DNA from: an uncultured Gaiellales bacterium
GTDB taxonomy: Bacteria; Actinomycetota; Thermoleophilia; RBG-16-64-13
Length of the DNA stretch: 64,000 nucleotides
Reading direction: 5' to 3'
NCBI GenBank assembly: GCA_964423425.1
Contig: CAYRES010000002.1
Coordinates: 76,095 to 140,094 of the forward strand
Shown here: positions 1 to 9,410 of the stretch, in pieces
How the letters are laid out: every line of letters begins with the position of its first letter
Position numbering within the stretch: position 1 is the stretch's first letter
Translations under genes and position numbers: made by a program
The notes under the pieces: generated by a model
What the model saw: the letters and a program-made list of their open reading frames with translations, nothing else
The model's database searches: none
Told to the model about the DNA's origin: nothing

Positions 1-64
1 TCTTGCGCGCATCCGTGGCTTGCCCGTGATGCAGAGCGGCAAGTGGGGGAGCTCCTCGCCGCAG

Positions 65-385
65 TCATCGCCCCTGCTGTTGTTGTGCAAGCATGGCGAG
101 CACGGCCTCCTTCTCCACCATCCAGAGGTCGGCCGGCCTTTCGAGGAATCTCTCCACGTCCTGCCGCACTCCCTCCCAGGGGGCGTCGACGAGTCGGTCA
201 GTCAAGGCCTCGTGCCACTTGTGGGCCGGCCCCGCGGGTTCGGGGAAACCGGCTTGGCGAAGCGCATTCGCCAGGAGGGGCTTGTTGGGAGGTGGCGACT
301 CCGGGTCGCTCAGGTACCACACCAGGTCGTATATGTGCGGCAAATGGCTGGTTTCTGCCGCACTGTGAGTGGGTGTTGGTGTCAT
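65..385 (-). CDS. hypothetical protein (106 aa), divergent from the glycan operon
   Basis: Complete ORF ending with a stop at 65. Third codon positions are strongly G/C-biased like the neighbouring genes. No recognisable motif and no clear SD. Confidence 0.3.
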   Translation of the reverse strand: MTPTPTHSAAETSHLPHIYDLVWYLSDPESPPPNKPLLANALRQAGFPEPAGPAHKWHEALTDRLVDAPWEGVRQDVERFLERPADLWMVEKEAVLAMLAQQQQGR

Positions 386-453
386 GGTGTTATTATCGGC
401 GTGTCCACAGTGATGCGGGCCATGATGACATCGAAGCGAGGCGGCTCCCTCAA

Positions 454-2175
454 GTGAAGACCCTCTTTCTCATACCCGCAAGAGGTGGCTCGAAAGGGTT
501 CCCCGGCAAGAATCTGGCTCTTCTGGCCGGCATTCCCCTCGTCGGTTGGGCGGCGAGGTTGGCGCTGCGAGCCGCCCAGTATCATCCTGGCTCTCGCGTA
601 GTATGCTCTACCGACGATGCCGCGATAGCGGATGCTGCGGTCACGTGGGGCGCCGAGGTGCCTTTCATTCGGCCGGTGGAGCTGGCGACTGATGACGCCA
701 GCTCGATTGATGTCGTTCGGCATGCGCTCGATCACGTCGAAGAGGATTTCGGTGCCGTGGCTCTCCTTCAACCCACCAGCCCGCTCACCGCACCCAAAGA
801 CGTGCTCGCCGCATTGGAGCTCTTCTCTCGATCCAGTTCGCCTGTGGTTGCCGTGGCAGAGCTCGACCATCCCGTGGAGTGGTGCTGTCGGCTGGGCCTC
901 GATTCTCGCATAGAGATGATTGCACGCGAGACGGTGGCTCGCCGGCAGTTGGCAGAAGGCTCGTTCTGTCCCAGCGGAGCCATCTACGTAGCTTCTCCCG
1001 AACAGATTCGCACACGGGGCTTCTGGACCAACGATACCCGAGGCTTAGTCATGCCTCGCGAGCGTTCGGTTGACATAGATGCGCCTTGGGATCTTGCTGT
1101 TGCGGAAGCCGTGCTTGACGCTCGTCCAGTCCCAGCTATTGAGATTGGGGGGAGGAAGATTGGGCCGGGCCATCCTTGCTTCATCATTGCGGAGGCGGGG
1201 GTGAATCACAACGGCTCGCTGGAGATGGCGCTGCAGCTGGTGGACGCAGCTGCTGAAGCCGGGGCGGATGCGGTGAAGTTCCAGCTCTACCGGACCGATG
1301 AGCAGGTCACGCGCAACGCAGGCCTGGCGGAATACCAGAAGAAGACCACCCATGCTGCAACAATGGCAGCAATGGCATCGGATTACGAAATGCCTTGGTG
1401 TGATCACTTGGTCATTCGTGATCATTGCCAAGAAGTTGGGATTATGTACCTAGCATCGTGTTTTGACCAAGAAGCGGTCGATTTCTATACCTCGGGGATT
1501 GGAGGCTCTGCACTGAAGGTGGGTTCGGGCGAGATCACGAACTTGCCTCTGCTTGACTACATGGCAACGAAAAGGGTCCCGATCATCCTAAGTTGCGGGA
1601 TGGCCGATATGCGTGACATTGAGCGGGCCGTGGAAGTCATCGGCAAGTCTCGGGACCGCCTTGCCCTTCTGCATTGCGTCTCAAGCTACCCAGCGGGGCA
1701 TGAGGACCTCAATCTGAGGGCTATGACAAGCATGCGCCGTGCATTCGCAACTGTTGTTGGCTACAGCGATCACGCTCCAGGGACTATTGCGGCAACTGTT
1801 GCCTTGGCCTTGGGTGCATCGATTGTTGAGAAGCACTTCACGCTGGATAAGTCTCTACCGGGGCCGGACCATGCAATGTCGCTTGACCCAGGCGAGCTAA
1901 ATCAGTTCGTGCACTCGCTTAGGCTTGCCGAGCAATCGCTGGGTGAGACAAGCAAACGCGTACAGGCGTCCGAGGTGGGTGTGCAACTAGCGGCTCGTCG
2001 TAGTCTTGTGTCTCGAGAAGCCATCGCGGCTGGTGAGCCATTGTCGATGACCCATGTTACCTTCAAGAGGCCGGGCACGGGTATTAGCCCGGTCGATTGG
2101 CACAAGGCAATTGGGCGGAAGGCCAAGACGGCCATTCCTGAGGACAGTGTCATCACATGGGGAATGCTTGAGTGA
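454..2175 (+). CDS. bifunctional CMP-nonulosonate synthetase (NeuA/LegF-like cytidylyltransferase) fused to nonulosonate synthase (NeuB/LegI-like) with C-terminal SAF domain
   Basis: The N-terminal half has LIPARGGSKGFPGKN, a CMP-sugar cytidylyltransferase signature. The C-terminal half has IAEAGVNHNGSLE...ADAVKFQ, the NeuB TIM-barrel, and a SAF-like tail. A GTG start at 454 is inferred. The 137 in-frame upstream codons are R/P-rich and look non-coding. Confidence 0.75.
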   Translation: MKTLFLIPARGGSKGFPGKNLALLAGIPLVGWAARLALRAAQYHPGSRVVCSTDDAAIADAAVTWGAEVPFIRPVELATDDASSIDVVRHALDHVEEDFGAVALLQPTSPLTAPKDVLAALELFSRSSSPVVAVAELDHPVEWCCRLGLDSRIEMIARETVARRQLAEGSFCPSGAIYVASPEQIRTRGFWTNDTRGLVMPRERSVDIDAPWDLAVAEAVLDARPVPAIEIGGRKIGPGHPCFIIAEAGVNHNGSLEMALQLVDAAAEAGADAVKFQLYRTDEQVTRNAGLAEYQKKTTHAATMAAMASDYEMPWCDHLVIRDHCQEVGIMYLASCFDQEAVDFYTSGIGGSALKVGSGEITNLPLLDYMATKRVPIILSCGMADMRDIERAVEVIGKSRDRLALLHCVSSYPAGHEDLNLRAMTSMRRAFATVVGYSDHAPGTIAATVALALGASIVEKHFTLDKSLPGPDHAMSLDPGELNQFVHSLRLAEQSLGETSKRVQASEVGVQLAARRSLVSREAIAAGEPLSMTHVTFKRPGTGISPVDWHKAIGRKAKTAIPEDSVITWGMLE

Positions 2176-3326
2176 GACGTATTGCCTATATATCGGGTAC
2201 GCGTGCAGATTATGGGCCCATGAGGTCCACGCTTGCCAGGATAAACGAGGAACCCGTGTTCGAGCTTGGGGTGATTGTGACCGGCATGCATCTTCAGGCC
2301 GTGCATGGTGACACCATCGAAGAGATCTGTCGTGACGGGCTTGCAGTAGTGGGCCGAGTCCCCGCGCACACGGAGGGAGACAGTCCGGTCGCCATGGCAA
2401 TCTCGATCGGGAAGATGCTGGAGGGAATGGCAGTCGAACTTGCGGAGTTCGAACCCGACGTAGTGCTGACATTGGGTGACCGGGGCGAGCAGGTGGCCGC
2501 TGCCTTGGCGGCAGCGCTTCAGAATCGGGTGGTGGTACATCTTTGCGGGGGGAGTCTCTCCGGCTCGATCGACGACAGCTTCAGGCACGCAATTACGAAG
2601 CTGGCTCACTATCATCTGCCTGCGTGTGAAGAACACGCTCGACGGATAGTCCAGATGGGGGAGCCTCCCGATCGAGTAATCATTGCCGGGCTTCCGGGAG
2701 CGGACATCAGCAAAGATGCGCGCTATTCGAGGGACCATGTGTGTTCTGCATATGGACTACCCGTGGGGCAGCCGTACGTGCTTGTTATCCAGCATCCTGT
2801 CACGCAGTGCTGGGAAGAGACTGAGCAGCAGATCACGGCAACTCTTGAGGCTGTGGTGGCGACTGGGCTCCCAACGCTCCTCGCTAATCCGAATGATGAC
2901 GCAGGCGGCCGCGTGATCCTTGATCACATGCGCTCGTGGTCTTTGCACCATCCGCAACTGAAGTTGCTGCCGCCCCCCGCAAGCCGGGAGATGTTCGCAA
3001 GCATTATGGCGCACGCAGGAGTGTTGGTGGGCAACTCGAGTTGCGGTGTGATCGAAGCAGCGAGTGTTGACCTTCCTGTGGTGAACATCGGAGAGAGACA
3101 ACGAGGCCGTGAAGGATATGCGTGTGCGGTTAACGTGGGTTACCAAGCGAAGGAGATTCTCGCAGGAATGCGGAGGGCCTTGTTCGACGAGAGCTACAGA
3201 ATGCAGGTTGCGCGATTCGAAAGCGACTTGGTTGGGCCGACTGAACGCTTGGTGGTGCAAGCACTGCGAGATTTGGACCTCGCGGTAGCCCGGAAGCCGA
3301 AGCCGTTCCACTTGTACGAGGGGTGA
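2172..3326 (+). CDS. UDP-N-acetylglucosamine 2-epimerase (hydrolysing), NeuC/LegG-like
   Basis: MRRIAYISGTRADYGPM...GDRGEQ...CGVIEAAS matches the hydrolysing 2-epimerase family. A 4-nt overlap with the upstream gene suggests translational coupling. Confidence 0.8.
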   Translation: MRRIAYISGTRADYGPMRSTLARINEEPVFELGVIVTGMHLQAVHGDTIEEICRDGLAVVGRVPAHTEGDSPVAMAISIGKMLEGMAVELAEFEPDVVLTLGDRGEQVAAALAAALQNRVVVHLCGGSLSGSIDDSFRHAITKLAHYHLPACEEHARRIVQMGEPPDRVIIAGLPGADISKDARYSRDHVCSAYGLPVGQPYVLVIQHPVTQCWEETEQQITATLEAVVATGLPTLLANPNDDAGGRVILDHMRSWSLHHPQLKLLPPPASREMFASIMAHAGVLVGNSSCGVIEAASVDLPVVNIGERQRGREGYACAVNVGYQAKEILAGMRRALFDESYRMQVARFESDLVGPTERLVVQALRDLDLAVARKPKPFHLYEG

Positions 3327-3332
3327 CGTGCC

Positions 3333-3890
3333 ATGGAGATCAGAGGTAAGACCGTTTGTCTCAGAGCCATCGAGCGCTATGATTTGCCAGCATTACAACG
3401 CTGGAGCAATGATCCGGCCATTCAAGACTGCCTCGGAGGCTGGCATTTCCCTGCTTCGCTTGACGATATGGAGACCTGGCTGCGCAGAAGTCACCGGGAC
3501 TTGTCGAGCAAGCGGTTTGCCATCGAAACACCGGCCGAGGGGCTTGTTGGGACAGCCAGTCTTCTCGACATCAATTGGAAAGACCGCAATGCTTTTCATG
3601 GGATGATGCTGGGGCAAAGGCAGACTCACGGCAAGGGTTACGGAACGGATACCGTCATGGCAGTAATGCGCCATGCTTTCGAAGAGCTTGCCCTGGAAAG
3701 GCTTGACGGCACTATCATCGAGTACAATCATCCATCCATCCATCTCTACTGCGACAAGTGCGGTTGGAGCGTGGAGGGACGAAAGAAGAACGCGTACTGG
3801 CGCAGAAATCGCTATTGGGAAGCTCTCGTCGTTGGGATAACGCGTGAGGAGTATCTGCAAGTCTCGGCAGCGTTAGAGTACTGGGGTTAG
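3333..3890 (+). CDS. GNAT family N-acetyltransferase (RimL-like)
   Basis: RimL-type GNAT architecture: the N-terminal LRAIERYDLPALQRWSNDP and a C-terminal core. ATG start with an upstream GAGGGG. Confidence 0.7.
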   Translation: MEIRGKTVCLRAIERYDLPALQRWSNDPAIQDCLGGWHFPASLDDMETWLRRSHRDLSSKRFAIETPAEGLVGTASLLDINWKDRNAFHGMMLGQRQTHGKGYGTDTVMAVMRHAFEELALERLDGTIIEYNHPSIHLYCDKCGWSVEGRKKNAYWRRNRYWEALVVGITREEYLQVSAALEYWG

Positions 3891-3969
3891 TCTAGGGGTG
3901 TCTATTCAACCTCGTCATCGGGAGGGGCAGCAGGAAGGGATTCATCGACGCTACTGCATGGGCGGAGAG

Positions 3970-4998
3970 ATGGAGCTCAACGGACTACCCTCAGCGATTT
4001 CCCAAGACTTGCGTCAATTGACCAAGGGTGTTGTCGGGCGATGGACATCGAGCGGAAGGGGAGCCCTCTCGCTGGTGTTTCGGGCCTTGCGCGGAAAAGG
4101 GGTTCATCGCGTTCATCTTCCCGCGTTCATATGCGGAAGTGTTGTTGCTGCGGCGAAGGCAAGTGGGCTTGATTGCTCATACTATCCCGTTGGGTGGGAC
4201 TTGTCTCCCGAACCGGATCCACCTAGAAGGGCGGCTGTCCTCTTCGTAGACTACTTCGGCTGGCGCAGCGAGGCCATTCAGGTCTTCGCGCAGAATGCTG
4301 AGTTTGATTCTCCGGTAGTAGAAGATGCATGCCAAGCTCTTCTGAGCCATTGGCCAGCCGAGCGCACGGCTGGGCATCATGTGGTCCTCAGTCCCCGCAA
4401 GTTCGCACCCGTTACGCTGTGTGGGTGGTCAAGTCTGGCCGACTACACACCTGGTGCATCCAGCGAGTTGGAGCGGATGGCGTGGCAGTCTCTTGCCTCC
4501 AGGCTTGTGAAGGGCACGTACATGAGCCACTCGGAACAGCCAGTCAATCGGGACTTGGAGAGCTTCTACCTTGCGTCCTTCGCTGAGATCGAAGGTTATC
4601 TCGACGGCAACTGCGATCCAACCGAGATAACAACGCTGGCGGCGAGTTTGATTCGAAGAGTTGACTGGCGGGGCGTAGGTTCTTCGCGCAGAAGAAACTG
4701 GGTCGCTCTCAATGAGTGTCTCGCGGGTCATGTCGAGCCCCTGTTCGACAGACTGCCCACGAGTGTTGTGCCTCTTGGCTATGTGGTTAAGCTTCGCGAC
4801 AGAGACAAGATCAGAAGGATGCTGGCCGAGCGCCGCGTTTTCTGCGCGGTCCACTGGCCGTTGGCCCAGGATGTGAGCGCGAGCAGTTTTCCTACTTCCG
4901 CCATGCTCTCACGGAGTCTCCTGACGCTTCCAATTGACCAGAGATACGAGTGCGGTGACATGGAGAGATTGGCAGAAATCGTAAGGTCTGTGGTCTAG
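3970..4998 (+). CDS. divergent DegT/DnrJ/EryC1/StrS-family PLP aminotransferase-like protein
   Basis: HLPAFICGSVVAAA, VVEDACQAL and SPRKFAPVTLCGWS align with DegT motifs, including the PLP-lysine region. Start taken at the ATG preceded by GGAGAG; the long ORF begins at 3898. Confidence 0.5.
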   Translation: MELNGLPSAISQDLRQLTKGVVGRWTSSGRGALSLVFRALRGKGVHRVHLPAFICGSVVAAAKASGLDCSYYPVGWDLSPEPDPPRRAAVLFVDYFGWRSEAIQVFAQNAEFDSPVVEDACQALLSHWPAERTAGHHVVLSPRKFAPVTLCGWSSLADYTPGASSELERMAWQSLASRLVKGTYMSHSEQPVNRDLESFYLASFAEIEGYLDGNCDPTEITTLAASLIRRVDWRGVGSSRRRNWVALNECLAGHVEPLFDRLPTSVVPLGYVVKLRDRDKIRRMLAERRVFCAVHWPLAQDVSASSFPTSAMLSRSLLTLPIDQRYECGDMERLAEIVRSVV

Positions 4999-6065
4999 TG
5001 GATTGCCGGGTACTTGACGCTGTCCGGGACAGAATGGCATGGCACGGTATTCTGGCCAGGCTCCCCGTAGTCTACAGGGACTTGTACTTCACACCCGAAT
5101 GGGTGGCACTGCATGCGCGAGGCCCAACTGCAAGTCCATGTTTATACGTCTACGAGGAGGGTGGCGAGATCCTCGTCCACCCCTTTGTCCTTCGGAGACT
5201 ATCTCAAATCGGGCATTCCATCTTGACCTTCCCGGCTGCTGACATTGAGAGCGCCTATGGGTACGCGGGACCCGGGAGCACATGTGTGAGCCCCCGTTTC
5301 TTGGAAAGTGCGTGGGGAGCATATGACGAGTGGTGCAAGAGCCAGTATGTGGTCGCAGAATTCGTGCGGCTTCATCCTCTACTGAAGAACGAGCGACTGC
5401 TACCTGAGCGGGTGATTCGCACCTATGACCGAGAGACGGTCTCTATTGACCTGATTGATGTCGGGGCTGGAGGGCAGCCCTATTCTTCGAAAGCCAGAAA
5501 CATGATTAGAAGGTGCGTTAAAGCCGGTGGTGTTGCAGTAACCTTGTCTGGCCGTCCTGCTTTCGACGAGTTCCGTACTCTCTACAGCCATACAATGATA
5601 AGAATTGGGGCCCCAGGCTATTATCATTGGGATGAGGCGTATTTCGAGAACCTGTACAGCCTTTTGGAAAGGACTGGAGTTGTCATTGGTGTTAAGCGCG
5701 ACGGGCGACTCTTGGCGGCAGGCCTGTTTCTTAAGGGGGCGCGCTGGATGCATTACCACTTGTCGGCCAGCCTCAGCGAAGGGGGAATCCCGGGCGCTGT
5801 CAATCTGATGCTTCATAAAGCGGCGCTTTTGGGAGCGCAAGAGGGCCTAAGCCATTTGCACCTTGGGGGAGGCACGTCGGGAGATGCAGAGGATTCACTG
5901 CTGTATTTCAAGAAATCCATGTCAACTCTGCGCCATCAGTTTCACATCGGAAGGCGTGTGCATGACGAGGATACGTACGAGGAGCTGGAGTGTCTTTGGC
6001 GACGAGAACATCGTGACCTCCATGGCAGCAAGATGGAGAGGTTGATCTTCTACCGCGATGATTGA
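4998..6065 (+). CDS. FemAB-like / Acetyltransf_6 (BioF2-like GNAT) family protein
   Basis: KARNMIRRCVKAGG...HYHLSASLSEG...HLHLGGGTS is typical of FemAB-like aminoacyl/acyl transferases. GTG start overlaps the upstream stop. Confidence 0.55.
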   Translation: MDCRVLDAVRDRMAWHGILARLPVVYRDLYFTPEWVALHARGPTASPCLYVYEEGGEILVHPFVLRRLSQIGHSILTFPAADIESAYGYAGPGSTCVSPRFLESAWGAYDEWCKSQYVVAEFVRLHPLLKNERLLPERVIRTYDRETVSIDLIDVGAGGQPYSSKARNMIRRCVKAGGVAVTLSGRPAFDEFRTLYSHTMIRIGAPGYYHWDEAYFENLYSLLERTGVVIGVKRDGRLLAAGLFLKGARWMHYHLSASLSEGGIPGAVNLMLHKAALLGAQEGLSHLHLGGGTSGDAEDSLLYFKKSMSTLRHQFHIGRRVHDEDTYEELECLWRREHRDLHGSKMERLIFYRDD

Positions 6066-6113
6066 TGGTTCTCGGAGAGGAGAACGAGCCCGGCTGGCTG
6101 CTCGCTCGCAGAG

Positions 6114-7160
6114 GTGGTCTCCATGATTGATCATCTGACCGTGAAAGCGGATGCGTCGCTCCGCGACGGGATGCAGGTCATCGGGGTTGGCGGCGCAGAG
6201 ATTGCGTTGGTAGTTGACAGCACCGGCCGGTTGGTCGGCACGTTGACGGACGGAGATGCTCGGAGGGCGATCTTGAGTGGTGTGTCTCTTCTGGCTCCCG
6301 TTTCGTCAGTGATGAATCACGAGTTCACGGCTATTGGACCCGAATCTGGTCGAGCGGAAGCCCTTGACCTGATGAGGGCATTCGGCTTCCAGCAGATACC
6401 CATCGTTGACGGCGATGGTCGTCTGTTGGGGCTGCATTTGCTTAGGGAGATGATTGGGGCCGTCTGCCGCCCCAACTGGGCCGTTGTGATGGCCGGCGGG
6501 CGTGGTCAGCGCCTGCACCCAATCACCGATGACGTGCCGAAGCCCATGGTCAAAGTGGCGGGGCGCCCCATCCTGGAGAGAATCATCCTTCACTTGGTGG
6601 GCTTTGGCATCAGGCGGGTCTTTGTCTCGGTGCACTACAAAGCTGAGGTGGTTGAGGGGCACTTCGGTGACGGCTCTCGCCTTGGCTGCGAGATCGACTA
6701 CCTACGCGAGGAGAAACCACTGGGGACTGCGGGGGCGCTCTCCCTTCTCAGTGAGTCCCCCACCGAACCCCTGATCGTGGTGAATGGTGATCTTCTCACG
6801 CAGTTCGATGTAGGGCGAATGCTTGCCCATCACAGCGAGGGCGGGCATGTGGCCACGGTGGGCATTCGCGAGTACTCGCACACGGTGCCGTTTGGCGTGA
6901 TAGAGAGTGACGGCCCTCGTGCCGTTGGGCTCACCGAGAAACCCACCCTTGTGTGTGACGTGAACGCCGGCATCTATGTGCTGGACCCGCGCCTCCCGCA
7001 GAGAGTGCCCGCAGGTTCGGAGTTCTCCATGCCGGGCCTCCTGGAAGACTGCCTGGCACGGGGCGAGGCAGTTGGAGTATTCCGGATCGATGATGACTGG
7101 CTCGACGTCGGCCGGCGCGAGGATCTTCTCCGCGCCCGGGGCCAAGAGGAGTGGGTGTGA
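6114..7160 (+). CDS. tandem CBS domains fused to a sugar-1-phosphate nucleotidyltransferase (PtmE-like; GDP-aminosugar forming)
   Basis: N-terminal CBS pair (GVGGAEIALVVDSTGRLVGTLTDGDARR). C-terminal VVMAGGRGQRLHPITDDVPKPMV nucleotidyltransferase G-loop. Confidence 0.7.
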   Translation: MVSMIDHLTVKADASLRDGMQVIGVGGAEIALVVDSTGRLVGTLTDGDARRAILSGVSLLAPVSSVMNHEFTAIGPESGRAEALDLMRAFGFQQIPIVDGDGRLLGLHLLREMIGAVCRPNWAVVMAGGRGQRLHPITDDVPKPMVKVAGRPILERIILHLVGFGIRRVFVSVHYKAEVVEGHFGDGSRLGCEIDYLREEKPLGTAGALSLLSESPTEPLIVVNGDLLTQFDVGRMLAHHSEGGHVATVGIREYSHTVPFGVIESDGPRAVGLTEKPTLVCDVNAGIYVLDPRLPQRVPAGSEFSMPGLLEDCLARGEAVGVFRIDDDWLDVGRREDLLRARGQEEWV

Positions 7161-8149
7161 GCTGGGCAGGCCGCAGGGTGCTTGTGACGGGCGCGGACGG
7201 CTTCATCGGCAGCCACCTGGCCGAGCGGCTGGTGGCTCTGGGGGCTGAGGTTCGTGCCTTCTGTTTCTACAACTCCAACGGCTCCTGGGGGTGGCTGGAC
7301 GGAAGCGACCTCGAGGTGAAGCAGTCGCTCGACGTGCGCTTGGGAGACATCCGAGACGCTCGTTTCGTGGAGCAGGCTGTGGCGGGAGTGGATGTGGTCT
7401 TCCACTTGGCCGCCCTCATCGCCATCCCCTACAGCTACGTGGCTCCGGAGTCGTTCGTGGACACGAATGTCAAGGGCACGCTGAACGTGCTCGAAGCCGC
7501 TCGTCGTGCGGGCTGCCATCGGGTGGTACACACCTCGACGAGCGAGGTATACGGCACGCCGCACACCGTACCCATCCGCGAGTCCCATCCTCTGCAGGGG
7601 CAGTCTCCCTACAGCGCCACCAAGATCGCCGCCGACAAGCTCTGTGAGGCCTACCACGCGTCTTTCGAGGTGCCGGTCGTGACTCTGCGCCCCTTCAACA
7701 CCTACGGCCCTAGGCAGTCCACGCGGGCCGTGCTGCCCACCATGCTGGTGCAGCTTCTCTCGGGCAGCAGGGAGATACACCTGGGCAGACTGGACACGAA
7801 GCGCGACCTCACCTACGTAGCCGACACCGTGGAGGGTTTCGTGAAGGCGGGCGACGTTGAGGGTATCGAGGGTGAGGTCATCCAGCTCGGGGTGGGCCGG
7901 GCGGTGGCCATAGGCGATCTTTTCGACGCCGCCTGCCGGGTTCTGGGCATGGCGGCTCAGGTGGTTCAGGACCCGGGCCGCCTGCGCCCCGACGCGAGCG
8001 AAGTCCTGGTACTTCTTTCCGACCCGGCGAAAGCCGGAGAACTCCTTGGCTGGTCTCCTGAGACTCGACTCGAGGAGGGACTCCTTCGCACCGCGCAATG
8101 GCTGGAGGCGCATATACACCTCTACGAGCCCGAGCGATACCATGTCTGA
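7151..8149 (+). CDS. NAD-dependent nucleotide-sugar 4,6-dehydratase (LegB-like short-chain dehydrogenase)
   Basis: VLVTGADGFIGSH Rossmann motif, STSEVYG, and the YSATK catalytic Y/K. GTG start overlaps the upstream stop. Confidence 0.8.
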   Translation: MGVSWAGRRVLVTGADGFIGSHLAERLVALGAEVRAFCFYNSNGSWGWLDGSDLEVKQSLDVRLGDIRDARFVEQAVAGVDVVFHLAALIAIPYSYVAPESFVDTNVKGTLNVLEAARRAGCHRVVHTSTSEVYGTPHTVPIRESHPLQGQSPYSATKIAADKLCEAYHASFEVPVVTLRPFNTYGPRQSTRAVLPTMLVQLLSGSREIHLGRLDTKRDLTYVADTVEGFVKAGDVEGIEGEVIQLGVGRAVAIGDLFDAACRVLGMAAQVVQDPGRLRPDASEVLVLLSDPAKAGELLGWSPETRLEEGLLRTAQWLEAHIHLYEPERYHV

Positions 8150-9302
8150 ATCGCCTGCCCACATCCCGCTCTGCGAGCCCCACCTTGCGGGCAACGAGTG
8201 GAAGTACATCAAGGACTGCTTGGACACCAACTGGGTGTCTTCGGTGGGGAGCTACGTGGAGCGGTTCGAGCGCATGGTGGCCGAGTACGTGGGTTGCCGC
8301 CATGCCGTGGCCACCGTGAACGGTACCGCGGCACTGCATGTGGCGCTCCTGGTGGCCGGGGTCGAGGCCGATGACGAGGTGCTGGTTTCTGATCTCACGT
8401 TCATTGCGCCCGTCAACGCCATACGGTATGTAGGTGCGTGGCCGGTCCTCATTGATGCCGAACCCGATTACTGGCAGATGGATCCTGCCAAGGTCGAGGA
8501 TTTCTTAGCCCGGGAATGCATCCTCGAGAAGGACGGACTGCGCAACAGCACAACCGGTCGGCGGGTCAAAGCCGTCTTGCCGGTTCACATTCTGGGGCAC
8601 CCCTGCGACATGGACCCCCTGCTGGGGTTGGCCGACCGCTACGGACTTGTTGTGATCGAGGATGCCTCCGAGAGCCTGGGCGCCCTCTACAAGGGGCGTC
8701 GCGTAGGCAGTCTGGGTGACGTGGCCTGCTTCAGCTTCAACGGGAACAAGCTCATCACCACCGGCGGCGGTGGCATGCTCGTCACCGACAACACCGAGTG
8801 GGCGTCGAGGGCTCGGTATCTGACCACGCAGGCCAAAGACGACCCCGTGGAGTTCGTGCACGGTGAGGTTGGATACAACTACCGGCTGACCAACATCCAG
8901 GCGGCCATGGGTGTCGCACAGATGGAGGCCGTGGACGACTACCTGGCGGCCAAGAAACGAATCGCCGCGGCCTATCGCGAAGGCTTCGCCGGCGTAGGCG
9001 GAGTAGAACTCATGCGGGAAGCCGAGTGGGCTCAGAGTTCGTGGTGGCTCTCAACGGTGCTCATCGACGCCCAGGAATATGGCCGAGACAGTAGATCGCT
9101 GCTTGAGTTGCTGGCGGAGAAGGGTATCCAGACGCGGCCGCTATGGCAGCCTATGCACCTGAGTCCTACGCACGAGGGAATGCAGAAGTGTGGCGGTGAA
9201 GTCGCAAGGCATCTCCACAAGACTGCCCTGAGTCTGCCCAGCTCAGTGGGGCTCGCAGTGAGGCAGCAAGAGCGCGTTATCTCCCTTCTTAGGCGCGGAT
9301 GA
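8142..9302 (+). CDS. DegT-family PLP aminotransferase (LegC-like)
   Basis: IPLCEPHLAGNEWKYIKDCLDTNWVSS...FSFNGNKLITTGGGGML are canonical DegT motifs. Start ATG at 8142 inside ATGTCTGA, overlapping the upstream stop. Confidence 0.8.
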   Translation: MSESPAHIPLCEPHLAGNEWKYIKDCLDTNWVSSVGSYVERFERMVAEYVGCRHAVATVNGTAALHVALLVAGVEADDEVLVSDLTFIAPVNAIRYVGAWPVLIDAEPDYWQMDPAKVEDFLARECILEKDGLRNSTTGRRVKAVLPVHILGHPCDMDPLLGLADRYGLVVIEDASESLGALYKGRRVGSLGDVACFSFNGNKLITTGGGGMLVTDNTEWASRARYLTTQAKDDPVEFVHGEVGYNYRLTNIQAAMGVAQMEAVDDYLAAKKRIAAAYREGFAGVGGVELMREAEWAQSSWWLSTVLIDAQEYGRDSRSLLELLAEKGIQTRPLWQPMHLSPTHEGMQKCGGEVARHLHKTALSLPSSVGLAVRQQERVISLLRRG

Positions 9303-9410
9303 TCACCTTTCCTCCGCCGCGACGTGGGACAGTGAATCGTTGGTAATACCGTGGAAACCAGTGCGCAGGCCCCAGGGAATCGCTCGCCCAAGACTTCGAC
9401 CTAAGAGAAG

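Noticed and set aside
20-457. 145-aa + strand ORF, and the 137-codon N-terminal extension of the 43..2175 ORF
   Set aside because: Translations are R/P/G-rich low-complexity, typical of high-GC read-through. The conserved cytidylyltransferase domain begins only at about 454. The minus-strand ORF 65..385 has the better codon bias.
6974-8230. 418-aa minus-strand ORF
   Set aside because: Antisense to the well-supported dehydratase gene. Arg/Ala/Gly-rich artefact frame common in high-GC DNA.
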